A stretch of DNA of 64,000 nt from an uncultured bacterium (GTDB taxonomy: Bacteria > Planctomycetota > UBA1135 > GCA-002686595), in NCBI GenBank assembly GCA_943787795.1, contig CALSNU010000002.1, forward strand, positions 96,001-160,000, given 5' to 3'. Shown here one piece after another: positions 28,217 to 37,450 of the stretch. Position 1 is the first letter of the stretch; every line of letters starts with the position of its first letter. The notes under the pieces were generated by a model. It saw nothing but the letters and a program-made list of their open reading frames with translations, was not told where the DNA came from and did not search any database. Position numbers and translations under genes: made by a program.

Positions 28217-29434
28217 TCAGCTCTCGAGGACGTCGAGCGAGTGCTCGCCCGTGGCGCGGAGGCGCCGCACGAGCTCATCACCGAGGGCCGTCGTCGGCGT
28301 CAGGACACCGCCCTCCCCGGCCACCAGCGGTCGCTGCACGAGGGCCAACCCTGTCTCCACCAGGATCCGAACGGTGGCCGCGTTCCCCGGGTCGCCCCGC
28401 ATGTCCTGTCGGACCTCGATGGTCCGCCCGTCCGAGAGCGCGAAGTGGGTGGTCGAGCGGGTGACGCCCCCCGAGAGCACGCGCTCCGAGGGTCCCTCCC
28501 CGGGCGAGGGGCCGAAGCGCCTGAAGAGCGCTCGCCCGGCGGCGGTGGAGAGCAGCATCTGACCTGCCCCAAGCGTGAGGGTCGTGGTCCTCGCGGCCAG
28601 CCAGCCCCGGCCGCTCGAGACCGATTGGAACTCGTCGTAGCGGAAGCCCTCACCCAGCGACATGGGCGCCCCGCGCTCGGCGCGCAGGTGAGCGGAGCGC
28701 TGAACGACCCGTCGATTGATGGGCCCCATGAAGAACGGCACCACCCACCGGCCCCCCACCCCATCAAACTCGGGCCACTGGGGGTCCCTCTGGAGGCGGC
28801 GCTCCTCCCCGGTGGACACGTGACCCGGGATCAGCGCGAACGGGTCCGCGAGCTCCCTCGGCGTCGCGGACTCGAAGATGTGGAGCACCGACGCGAGGGT
28901 CCCGCCGTTGAGCCCACCGCGGAGGCGGTAGACGGTGCGGCCGGACTCGAGGTGGAGCCCCTGCTCGGCGGCGTAGGCCGACGCCAGGTAGACGGCCAGG
29001 TCGGCGGGCGCGGAGTCGAAGCCGGAGGCCGGCACCAGCAGCGCGCCGCTCCCGGTCGCCGCCGCGTGGTGGCGCTCGATGATCCGGCGCATCCAGGGCA
29101 CCTCACCGGTCAGGTCTGCGTAGTGCGTGGATGCCGCGGCGCACGCGTCCACCACCGGGTCGCCGTGGATGGCGAAGGGCCCAGCGGTGGAGAGCAGCAC
29201 CCGGGTCGAGCGCGCCATGTCCTCCACCGAGGCCCGGTCGCCCACGTCCGCCACCACCATGTCCATGCCGAGCTCTCCGGCGAGCTCACGCAGGGGCCCT
29301 TCGCGCCGTCCTGCGAGGGCGACCGTGAGTCCGTCCGGTCGGACCTCCGCCAGCCGGCGAGCCGCTCGCTGTCCCGTGAACCCGGTGGCACCGAAGAGCA
29401 CCAGGTCGAAGCGTCGACCGTCGTGGTCGCTCAC
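28217..29434 (-). CDS. Saccharopine dehydrogenase-like / trans-acting enoyl reductase oxidoreductase
   Basis: FDLVLFGATGFTG, ALAGRR, STAGPF, YADLTGE, SGFDSAPADL, NGGTLAS; GTG start overlaps the upstream stop. Confidence 0.9.
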   Translation of the reverse strand: MSDHDGRRFDLVLFGATGFTGQRAARRLAEVRPDGLTVALAGRREGPLRELAGELGMDMVVADVGDRASVEDMARSTRVLLSTAGPFAIHGDPVVDACAAASTHYADLTGEVPWMRRIIERHHAAATGSGALLVPASGFDSAPADLAVYLASAYAAEQGLHLESGRTVYRLRGGLNGGTLASVLHIFESATPRELADPFALIPGHVSTGEERRLQRDPQWPEFDGVGGRWVVPFFMGPINRRVVQRSAHLRAERGAPMSLGEGFRYDEFQSVSSGRGWLAARTTTLTLGAGQMLLSTAAGRALFRRFGPSPGEGPSERVLSGGVTRSTTHFALSDGRTIEVRQDMRGDPGNAATVRILVETGLALVQRPLVAGEGGVLTPTTALGDELVRRLRATGEHSLDVLES

Positions 29435-30261
29435 TCTTCGTGGGCGTCGGTGGCCTTGATGGCGAAGGCGCCTGTGGCGTAGCCCGCCTCGTCGCTCTGT
29501 CCCGCCAGCGTGAAGGTGCCGCGCACCACGACCGGGACGTAGGCCCAGTAGGTCGTGCCCTCGGGCGCCATGTCCACATCCACCCACTCGTCCGGCTCGG
29601 GCGCGCCGCCGAAGCAGCACTGCAAGAGGTCCCGCACCAGCATGAAGTGCGGCACCTTGTTCTGGTCCCAGCGCAGTGGGATCATGTAGCCCGTGAGGGC
29701 CACCTCCTCGCCGTCCAGCGCGCGGATCCGATCCGGGAAGCGAATGTCCTCCCCCTCGTACTCCTCGGGATAGACCAGGGCGTCCAGCAGCAGCTCCTTG
29801 TCCGCCTCCGCGAGAGAGAGGTCGCCGTAGCCGATGATCCAGTGCCCCTCGTCGTCCTTGACCCAGTCATAGGACGCCGGATCGAGGGGGTCGGCCCCCT
29901 CGGCGAGCTCGAAGGGCTCGCTCTTCACGGTCCCGATGCGCAGCGGGTTCGCCGCCAGGGCCTCGGGGGTGAGCATGGCCGGATCCACCGAGCCCGCGAG
30001 CCCCTCGATGCCGGTCATCGACCGGGCGGCGGCGCGCGCCCGCACGCTCGCCTCCGCCGTGCTCATCTCCTCGGCCACCGCCTCGGAGGTGTCCGTGAAG
30101 GAACGCCCCATGACCTCGTCCGAGGCCGCGGAGGCCAAAGGCTCTGCGGTGCCGTCCACCGGGGAGGCCTCGGGCCCGCCGCAGCCCCCGGAGAGCAGCG
30201 CGGCCCCCAGGCAGAGCGCGATCGCGGACCGGAGGCTCGGGCGCGACTCAGCCCTCCTCAC
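29431..30261 (-). CDS. DUF3299-family lipoprotein
   Basis: LSGGC lipobox-like; ALDGEEVALTGYMIP..FMLVRDLLQCCFGGAP..WVDV..VVVRGTF. Confidence 0.8.
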   Translation of the reverse strand: MRRAESRPSLRSAIALCLGAALLSGGCGGPEASPVDGTAEPLASAASDEVMGRSFTDTSEAVAEEMSTAEASVRARAAARSMTGIEGLAGSVDPAMLTPEALAANPLRIGTVKSEPFELAEGADPLDPASYDWVKDDEGHWIIGYGDLSLAEADKELLLDALVYPEEYEGEDIRFPDRIRALDGEEVALTGYMIPLRWDQNKVPHFMLVRDLLQCCFGGAPEPDEWVDVDMAPEGTTYWAYVPVVVRGTFTLAGQSDEAGYATGAFAIKATDAHEE

Positions 30262-30916
30262 CCTCTCCCTCTCCGTCGTGGTCGTGGTCGTGGTCATGGT
30301 CCTCACCGTCGTGATCATGGCCCTCGCCTTCGTGGTCGTGATCGTGGTCCTCGCCGTCATGATCATGATCGCCCCCGTCGTGGTCGCCGCCCTCACCCGC
30401 AGCGGGCAGGTCGTAGTCGAACTTGACGTTCGTGAACTCCGTCCCGAGCACGGTGACGGCGCGGATCAACCCGTGGAAGTGATGGGCCCCGACCAGCGTC
30501 TCGTCCTTGGCCACGAAGTGGGAGGAGTCCCCCACCGTCTCACCGGACAGCTTGCTCGCCTGCGCCATGAGCTCAAGCTCCAGAGGCGCGTCGCCGTGCA
30601 TGTCGATGGAGACGACCACGGACTCGGAGGGGGAGCGGACGGACTTGTCCGCGTGCCCGCCCCACGTGTACATGGTCAGCTGCCCGGCCTCGGGGTCGAG
30701 GACAAACTCTGCGTTGGCGAAGTGATCCCCGAGCTCCACGAGAATCCCGCCCTCGTCGGCGTGCGGGGCGACGTGAACGTGGCCTTCGTGCGAGTTGCCG
30801 TCGGCGTCTCCGTGATCATGATCATGATCATGATCGTGGGACCCTCCGCAGGAGACGAGGGCCGCGTAGGAGACGAGGAGGAGCGAGGCGCCGAGGCGCG
30901 TGGGTTGAATGGGCAT
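30248..30916 (-). CDS. His/Asp-rich putative metal (Zn/Ni/Co)-binding lipoprotein
   Basis: LVSC lipobox; (HD)n tracts at both ends; HVAPH..GGILVELGDH. Confidence 0.8.
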   Translation of the reverse strand: MPIQPTRLGASLLLVSYAALVSCGGSHDHDHDHDHGDADGNSHEGHVHVAPHADEGGILVELGDHFANAEFVLDPEAGQLTMYTWGGHADKSVRSPSESVVVSIDMHGDAPLELELMAQASKLSGETVGDSSHFVAKDETLVGAHHFHGLIRAVTVLGTEFTNVKFDYDLPAAGEGGDHDGGDHDHDGEDHDHDHEGEGHDHDGEDHDHDHDHDGEGEGEEG

Positions 30917-30948
30917 GAAAGTGTCCTTGTGAGGGGGTGGCGCCAAGA

Positions 30949-32190
30949 CTACGCGAGGGTCCGCGCCACGTCCGTGGAATAGGCCTTGATGGCCGGAATC
31001 ACGCCTGCGAGCGCCCCAACGGCGACCATGCCCAGGGGCGTCCAGAGGAGCGAAGGGTGCACCGAAGTGACGTCAAGCACCACCCCGGTCTGCTCGCGGA
31101 TGATCATGGCGGACCCGTACAAGATCCCGCCGTAGACGAGGTACCCCACCAGGCTGCCGAGCAGGGCGATGGAGCTGGCCTCGAGCACGATGGCCGAGAA
31201 GACCGTCCGCTTCCGGGCGCCGAGGGCGCGCAGGATCGCGAACTCCCGACGGCGCTCGTTCATGGTGTTGTAGATGCTCGCCAGGAGGCCAAACCCGGCG
31301 ACCACGACCACGAGGTAGGCGACGTAGAGCAGCACCTTGGTGATCCAGCCGATCTTCAGGAAGAATGTGCCGAGCACGGACGCGATGGGCCACGCCAGCG
31401 TCGCAGAGTCCCCGCGCCGGATCTCGTCCTGCATGAACTTGCCGCGGATGGGGCTTGAGTACTTCAGCATCACCGCCGAGACCTCCTTCCACTCGTCCGG
31501 GATCGCGGCGCCGCGCTCGACCTCCTCGGTGCCGCCGGCGAGCTTGTGCCCGTCCATGCGGAAGATGCCCTCGATAGGGATCCAGATCACGCCGTCGTTC
31601 GCGGTGTTGGTGGGCTCGAGGACGCCGGTGATGGTGTACAGCTCCTGGTGCGGCGCCGAGCCCGGCATGTACTGGAGGCCGTGGTAGGGCCGGAAGGTGT
31701 CGCCACGCTTCAGCCCCAGCTTCTCGGCCACCACGCTGCCGAGCACCGCGGTCTGCGAGCCCTCGTCGAAGGGCTCTCCGTTCCCCTGGAAGGTGAACTT
31801 CTCGCCGTCCTGGAACTCGAACACGTCGAAGATCTCGTGCGTGGTCCCGACGATGCGGTAGCCGTAGAGGTTGTCGCCCAGGGCGTAGGGGATCGCGTAG
31901 CGCACGTCGCCCCGGCCCTTGACCTCCTGGTAGAGGCTCCAGGGGATGTTCCCCGGCGAGGTCTCCAGGTGGAAGACGGTGTTGAGCACGAGCTGGAGCT
32001 GGCTGCCCTTGGCGCCCAGCACCGCGTCGTACCCGATGTCCCCGCCCGTGAAGGCCGTGCGCGACTGCTCGGACACCGTGAAGACGCTCATCACGAGGCC
32101 GCTGGCGAGGCCCGCGGAGACGACGGTGATGATGGTCGACAGCAGGTGCTGGCGGAGCGAGCGCGCGACGATGAAGAGGAGTGACCTCAC
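30949..32190 (-). CDS. MacB/FtsX-like ABC transporter permease
   Basis: GAKGSQLQLVLNTVFH, ALGDN..GYRIVGT, MNERRREFAILRALGA; 1+3 TM topology. Confidence 0.92.
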   Translation of the reverse strand: MRSLLFIVARSLRQHLLSTIITVVSAGLASGLVMSVFTVSEQSRTAFTGGDIGYDAVLGAKGSQLQLVLNTVFHLETSPGNIPWSLYQEVKGRGDVRYAIPYALGDNLYGYRIVGTTHEIFDVFEFQDGEKFTFQGNGEPFDEGSQTAVLGSVVAEKLGLKRGDTFRPYHGLQYMPGSAPHQELYTITGVLEPTNTANDGVIWIPIEGIFRMDGHKLAGGTEEVERGAAIPDEWKEVSAVMLKYSSPIRGKFMQDEIRRGDSATLAWPIASVLGTFFLKIGWITKVLLYVAYLVVVVAGFGLLASIYNTMNERRREFAILRALGARKRTVFSAIVLEASSIALLGSLVGYLVYGGILYGSAMIIREQTGVVLDVTSVHPSLLWTPLGMVAVGALAGVIPAIKAYSTDVARTLA

Positions 32191-32873
32191 GAGCCCTGGG
32201 GCTCCTCGGTCATGGCCCGGTTGAGGGTTGCGAAGTCGAGGGCGTCGCCAAAGTCGTCGAGCACGCGCGGGTCGTGGCTGACGCAGATGAGCGCCGCCCC
32301 CTGCTCACGGCAGAGGTCCCGCAGGAGCCCAAGCGCCTCCAGCGCGTAGCGCGGGTCCAGGTTGCCGGTCGGCTCGTCGGCGAGGACCAGCCGCGGGCGG
32401 TTGGCGAGCGCGCGCGCCAGCGCCACGCGCTGCTGCTGGCCGATGGAGAGCTGGGCGGGGCGGTGCCCCATTCGATCCGAGAGCCCGAGCCGCTCCAGCA
32501 GGGAGCTCGCGAACTCACGGTCCGGTCCAGGACCGAACATCATCCCGAGGGTGACGTTCTCCAGGGCGGTGTACCCCCCGAGCAGGTTGAAGGTCTGGAA
32601 CACGTAACCCAGCTCCCGCGCCCGCCACGCGTCCCGCTTCGCCTCACCCAGGCTGGAGACAACCTCGCCGTCCCAGACGACCTCACCCGAGGTGGGCGCC
32701 AAGAGCCCGGCGATGATGTTCAGGAAGGTGGTCTTCCCGGACCCGCTCGTGCCGGCGATGGCGACCTGCTGTCCCGCGTCCACATTGAAGGACGGCACGT
32801 CAACGATCAGCTGATCGTCGCCGTCCGGGGACCGAAAGATCCGGCGGACGTCACGGAGTTCGAGGAGAGGCAT
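32187..32873 (-). CDS. ABC transporter ATP-binding protein (LolD/MacB-like)
   Basis: [40 protein letters not shown]. Confidence 0.95.
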   Translation of the reverse strand: MPLLELRDVRRIFRSPDGDDQLIVDVPSFNVDAGQQVAIAGTSGSGKTTFLNIIAGLLAPTSGEVVWDGEVVSSLGEAKRDAWRARELGYVFQTFNLLGGYTALENVTLGMMFGPGPDREFASSLLERLGLSDRMGHRPAQLSIGQQQRVALARALANRPRLVLADEPTGNLDPRYALEALGLLRDLCREQGAALICVSHDPRVLDDFGDALDFATLNRAMTEEPQGS

Positions 32874-32957
32874 GGACCGGATTGTAGGACCCCAGAGTCC
32901 TGGCGTAACCGCCGTACAGACCTCTCACCGGATTCGCCCCTCCCGCGGGGCGCAGGC

Positions 32958-33773
32958 TCACAGGTGCGGTCCCGGATCCGGCAGCCCGCCCTCGGTCAAT
33001 TTGGAGGTGATGTACTCCACCGCCTCGTCCACCGAGTCCGTCTGGAAGAACAGGTCGACGTCGTCGGGGGAGATCGTGCCGAACTCGATCAGGGTCTCGA
33101 AGTTGATCACCTTGGACCAGAACTCCTTGCCGAACAGGACGATCGGCAGGGCCTTCTTGATCTTGAGCGTCTGGACGAGGGTCACCACCTCCATGAACTC
33201 GTCCAGGGTCCCGAACCCGCCCGGCATCACGACGATCGCCTTGGCCATGTAGGTGAACCAGAACTTGCGCATGAAGAAGTAGTGGAACTCCAGCGACAGG
33301 CCCTCGGTGATGTGCGGGTTGTCGTTCTGCTCGAACGGCAGGCTGATGTTGAGCCCGATGTTGAGCCCGTCCGCCTCCGAGGCCCCGCGGTTCGCCGCCT
33401 CCATGATCCCCGGGCCGCCTCCCGAGCAGATCACAAAGCGCTGCCGGCCCTCCTCGAGACCCTTGGCCCACTCCGTCAGCTTGAAGGACAGCTCCCGCGC
33501 CGCCTCGTAGTAGGCGGACATGCGCAGGTCCCGCTCGGCCTTCGCCACGTCGCCGCCGGAGGACTTCGCATCCGCGAGCCCTTTCTCCGCGTCGTCCTTC
33601 GGGAGGAGCCTCGCGGAGCCAAAGACCACGATCGTATCCTCGATCTTCATCTCCTCGAAGCGGGCCTCGGGCTCGAGGTACTCGGCCAGGATCCGCATGG
33701 GACGAGCGGTCCGGCTGTGGATCCAGGAAAGGTTCTCGTACGCCTTCACGGCGCGATAGCGGCTCTCTGACAT
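32958..33773 (-). CDS. LOG-family nucleotide monophosphate phosphoribohydrolase
   Basis: VFGSAR, SGGGPGIMEAANRGA, FHYFFMRKFWF, PGGFGTLDE. Confidence 0.93.
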   Translation of the reverse strand: MSESRYRAVKAYENLSWIHSRTARPMRILAEYLEPEARFEEMKIEDTIVVFGSARLLPKDDAEKGLADAKSSGGDVAKAERDLRMSAYYEAARELSFKLTEWAKGLEEGRQRFVICSGGGPGIMEAANRGASEADGLNIGLNISLPFEQNDNPHITEGLSLEFHYFFMRKFWFTYMAKAIVVMPGGFGTLDEFMEVVTLVQTLKIKKALPIVLFGKEFWSKVINFETLIEFGTISPDDVDLFFQTDSVDEAVEYITSKLTEGGLPDPGPHL

Positions 33774-33838
33774 GCCAGGAGTCTGGCGCCCTGCACTCCA
33801 GGAGGCCAGAGAACTCGACCGGCTCCTAGACTCTTCAC

Positions 33839-35467
33839 ATGAGCGACCCGACCTCTTCGAGCCCCGCCGACGCCGAGCCCAAGCGGCGCGGCCTCTTCGC
33901 CACCTTCCTGAGCATCGTGGAGAAGCTGGGGAACCTGCTGCCCCACCCCGTGACGCTGTTCGCGATCTTCGCGGCGGGGATCGTCCTCTTGAGCGGCCTG
34001 GCCTCGTGGCTCGACCTCTCCGTGCAGGACATCCGGCCGGACACCAAGGGCGAGGAGATCCGGGCCGTGAGCCTGATGTCCGCGGAGGGGCTGCGGCGGA
34101 TCTCCATGGGGCTGGTGACCAACTTCACCAGCTTCGCCCCCCTGGGTACCGTCCTCGTCGCGCTGCTCGGAGTCGGGGTTGCCGAGCGGTCTGGCCTGCT
34201 CTCTGCCGCCATCCGTGCGCTGGTGCTGGCGGCGCCGCGGCGGCTCCTGACCCCCACGATCGTGCTCGCCGCGGTCCTGTCGAACACGGCCTCGGAGATG
34301 GGCTACGTGGTCCTGATCCCCCTCGCGGCCGTGATCTACCACTCGGTCGGGCGGCACCCCTTCGTCGGTCTCGCCGCCGCCTTCGCGGGCGTGAGCGGCG
34401 GCTACAGCGCGAACCTGTTCATCGGGACGGTGGACCCGCTGCTGGCCGGCATCACCACCGAGGCCGCCGCCATCGTCGGCGGGGCTGACTACGAGCCAGG
34501 CGGCTCCAAGGAGGTCCTGGCCACGGCCAACTGGTACTTCATGGCCATCAGCACGCTGATGATCACCGTCCTCGGCACCCTGGTCACCGAGCGACTCGTG
34601 GCCCCGTGGCTCGGGGAGTACGACGAGTCCGCCGCCGAGGAGGGGGCGCTGGAGGCGAGCCAGGACGGGCTCCAGCCCCTCGACGCCCGCGAGAAGCGAG
34701 CCCTCCGATGGGCGGGCATCACGCTCGCCGGGCTGATCGCTGTGCTGCTCGCCCTGGTGCTGCCCGAGGGCGGCGCGTTCCGCGCACCCGGCGCGGCGGT
34801 GGACGCCACCTTCGTGGAGAAGATCCGCCCAGCCCTGAAGAGCGTGGTGGCGCTCATCTTCGTCTTCTTCATTGTCCCCGCGGTGGTCTACGGCCGGATC
34901 GCCGGGACCATGCGGACCGACCGGGACGTCATCGACGGGATGTCCAAGGCCATGTCGTCCATGGGGCTCTACATGGTGCTGGTGTTCTTCGCCGCCCAGT
35001 TCGTGGCCTTCTTCAAGTGGACGAACCTCGGGCTGATCCTCGCCATCTCGGGGGCGAACTTCATCGAGAGCGCGAACCTCTCGGGGCCGATCATCTTCCT
35101 GCCGTTCATCCTGATGTGCTGCTTCGTCAACCTGATGCTGGGAAGCGCATCTGCGCAGTGGGCGATCACCGCGCCGATCTTCGTGCCGATGCTGATGCTC
35201 TCCAACTACACGCCGGAGGTCATCCAGGCGGCGTACCGGATCGGCGACAGCACGACGAATCCGATCACGCCGATGATGAGCTACTTCGGGCTGATCCTCG
35301 CGTTCGCCACGCGGTACGACCGCAAGCTCGGGATCGGGACGATCGTGGCCACGATGCTCCCCTACTCCATCGTGTTCCTCACCGGGTGGATCGTGCTCTT
35401 CTATACCTGGGTCTTCGTCTTCGGGTTGCCGGTCGGCCCTGGCACGGAGCTCTACCTGCAGCCCTGA
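33839..35467 (+). CDS. abgT: AbgT-family transporter
   Basis: VEKLGNLLPHPVTLF, FAPLGTVLV, GVSGGYSANL, ANWYFM, GSASAQWA, YRIGDSTTNPITPMMSYF. Confidence 0.95.
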   Translation: MSDPTSSSPADAEPKRRGLFATFLSIVEKLGNLLPHPVTLFAIFAAGIVLLSGLASWLDLSVQDIRPDTKGEEIRAVSLMSAEGLRRISMGLVTNFTSFAPLGTVLVALLGVGVAERSGLLSAAIRALVLAAPRRLLTPTIVLAAVLSNTASEMGYVVLIPLAAVIYHSVGRHPFVGLAAAFAGVSGGYSANLFIGTVDPLLAGITTEAAAIVGGADYEPGGSKEVLATANWYFMAISTLMITVLGTLVTERLVAPWLGEYDESAAEEGALEASQDGLQPLDAREKRALRWAGITLAGLIAVLLALVLPEGGAFRAPGAAVDATFVEKIRPALKSVVALIFVFFIVPAVVYGRIAGTMRTDRDVIDGMSKAMSSMGLYMVLVFFAAQFVAFFKWTNLGLILAISGANFIESANLSGPIIFLPFILMCCFVNLMLGSASAQWAITAPIFVPMLMLSNYTPEVIQAAYRIGDSTTNPITPMMSYFGLILAFATRYDRKLGIGTIVATMLPYSIVFLTGWIVLFYTWVFVFGLPVGPGTELYLQP

Positions 35468-35579
35468 CAGCGTCGACGCTCAGGCCCTTCTCGGACGCCC
35501 CTCATCGGAGAGGCGTCGGGCGCAACGCGCGCCCAGGTCCAACGGCTTTCCGGGCGCTCGCCCCGCGGCCCCGCGCGGC

Positions 35580-35876
35580 TCACTCGTCGTGCCGCTGCGC
35601 TCGATCGTCGACCTTCCCCTTCGCCTTCTTGAAGAGGTCATCAAGGTCGCGCGTCCTCGCCTTCTCTCGATTCAACGCGCTGTCGAAGGCGTCCTCGCTG
35701 CGCGACCCGCGGTCCGTGACCGTACGAGCCGCGGTGTCCCAGCGCTTCCCGTCCTGCACGGGCTTGCCGAACTCGTCGAGCGATGCCTTGGGGACGTGCC
35801 GGAGCACCTTCTGCGACCGGACGTCGACCAGCAGGCGCGAGTCGCAGCACGGGCAGTCGATTTCGATTTCCTTCAT
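35580..35876 (-). CDS. Small hypothetical protein with N-terminal CPCC knuckle
   Basis: MKEIEIDCPCCDSRLLVD followed by a charged helical tail. Confidence 0.7.
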   Translation of the reverse strand: MKEIEIDCPCCDSRLLVDVRSQKVLRHVPKASLDEFGKPVQDGKRWDTAARTVTDRGSRSEDAFDSALNREKARTRDLDDLFKKAKGKVDDRAQRHDE

Positions 35877-36096
35877 ACAGGCGCAGGTCGGAGCGTTTGA
35901 ATCACGCCGTCAGGGCGATCCTCATCGCGTTTGAGGCGCCGCTGGAATGGCTTCGCCGATTTTATTACAGATTGATGGACGAGAGGTGACCCCGCTGCCG
36001 CTGAGGCGTAGGGACCTCTCCGGAACGAGCAGGAACTGCGCCGAGACCCGACGCGACCTCCCGCTTCACCGCACTGACCGCCTGCCCCACGATCCG

Positions 36097-36216
36097 ATGA
36101 CGCGACAGACCACGATTCGTAGCGCGTTCCAGACCTCGCTGCTCTTCGAGCGGGCCCTGGGCCTGGTGCTCTGGACAGGGCTGATCGCCGTACTGTTCAC
36201 GAAGTCCTACCTCTGA
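36097..36216 (+). CDS. Putative 39-aa single-TM small protein
   Basis: MTRQTTIRSAFQTSLLFERALGLVLWTGLIAVLFTKSYL; AT-rich promoter-like patch at 35959-35976 upstream. Confidence 0.45.
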   Translation: MTRQTTIRSAFQTSLLFERALGLVLWTGLIAVLFTKSYL

Positions 36217-36378
36217 TCGTCCCTTCGCCGGGTCCGATGGACGCCCAGGTGGCGCCCGAGAGGCGCCCAGAAGGCACTCAGATCAGCGACACGGTCGCGG
36301 CCGAGTTGGCCGACGAGACCTCGCTCCCGCGTGACCCCGTCCAGGCACCACCGGCGTCCGGCGCCGCTGATCACGCGA

Positions 36379-37401
36379 TCACTGACTCCGGGCCGCGTCC
36401 AGCGCCAGCGTTGCCTCGCCAAAGGCCCTGCCGATGTCGCTGAAGGTGCGAGGGCTGCCGAGATAGTGGAAGGGGTAGTCCGAGCCCACCAACTTCCACT
36501 CCTCGAGGTGCTCCCGCCAGCCCTTGTCGAAGATGGCCTGAGCCTCCTCGTCCCAGAACTGGTCGGTGCGCACGAGTCGGGTGTTCGACCGGAACTCGGG
36601 GAGCAGGGTGGGCGCTGCCTGCGCGGCCTTGAACAGGTCCCGCTTCGGGTCCGCCTGCTTCGTGCCGCCGACCCCGAGCTGCCCGACCACGAAGGGCAGG
36701 TCCGCCGCCTTGAGGTCACGACGGACATCACGAATCAGGCAGGCGAGGTTGCGAGAGTAGTCGGCCACCGCCTCGTCGCTCACGAGGTCATTCCACCCCT
36801 GGAACCAGACGAAGCCGCTGAGCTCGAACGCACCGCCCCCCATGCCCGGGAAGGCGCTGCGCGCCTCACCCAGCGCACGCTCGACCTCGCGGAGCATGCC
36901 GCGGTAGTCCCGGCCGAAGGACGCCTTCACGTCCTCCATCGTCTTCTCCGGGGTCCTCTTCTGCTCCGCCGCGAGCAGACGCTCCAGGGCCCCTTGGTCG
37001 GGGAGGCCGGCGCTCGGCGGACGGAAGTCCCGGTACAGGCTCCGGCCGCCCCAGGCCGCCTTGATGAGCAGCACAGGCTCCTCGAAGTGATCCCCCACCA
37101 CGTGCCCAAAGTCCAGCTCAACCCCCACTCGGCCCGGGCTGCCATAGCCGACCGTCAGGGGCCCGCGGCGGCCAAGAAAGTCGATCCAGACGTCATCTCG
37201 GACGCCCCAATCGCCGTCCTCTCGCAGGTGCGCAAAGCGCTTCGCGGTGGCGGGCTGGGTGGCGACATGCTCCATCAGCGGGAGCTGGACCTTGCCCTCC
37301 ATGTTCGACTGGCCGGCGAGGATGAAGACCTTGATCGTCTCCGACGCCGAGGCCGGCGAGGGGAGGAAGAGGCACGCAAGGAGGAGGAGGAGCTGCTTCA
37401 T
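36379..37401 (-). CDS. Secreted sialate O-acetylesterase (SASA/SGNH)
   Basis: Signal peptide; VFILAGQSNMEG, LIKAAWGG, FVWFQGWND, DYPFHY. Confidence 0.88.
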   Translation of the reverse strand: MKQLLLLLACLFLPSPASASETIKVFILAGQSNMEGKVQLPLMEHVATQPATAKRFAHLREDGDWGVRDDVWIDFLGRRGPLTVGYGSPGRVGVELDFGHVVGDHFEEPVLLIKAAWGGRSLYRDFRPPSAGLPDQGALERLLAAEQKRTPEKTMEDVKASFGRDYRGMLREVERALGEARSAFPGMGGGAFELSGFVWFQGWNDLVSDEAVADYSRNLACLIRDVRRDLKAADLPFVVGQLGVGGTKQADPKRDLFKAAQAAPTLLPEFRSNTRLVRTDQFWDEEAQAIFDKGWREHLEEWKLVGSDYPFHYLGSPRTFSDIGRAFGEATLALDAARSQ

Positions 37402-37450
37402 CGTTGGTTGGCCGAAAGGTCCGTCCGTGGGCAGAGTGGCCCGGGCGAGG

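Noticed and set aside
30276..30385. GTCGTG/GATCAT microsatellite-like tracts (also 30812-30837)
   Set aside because: Explained by His-Asp codons in the metal-binding lipoprotein.
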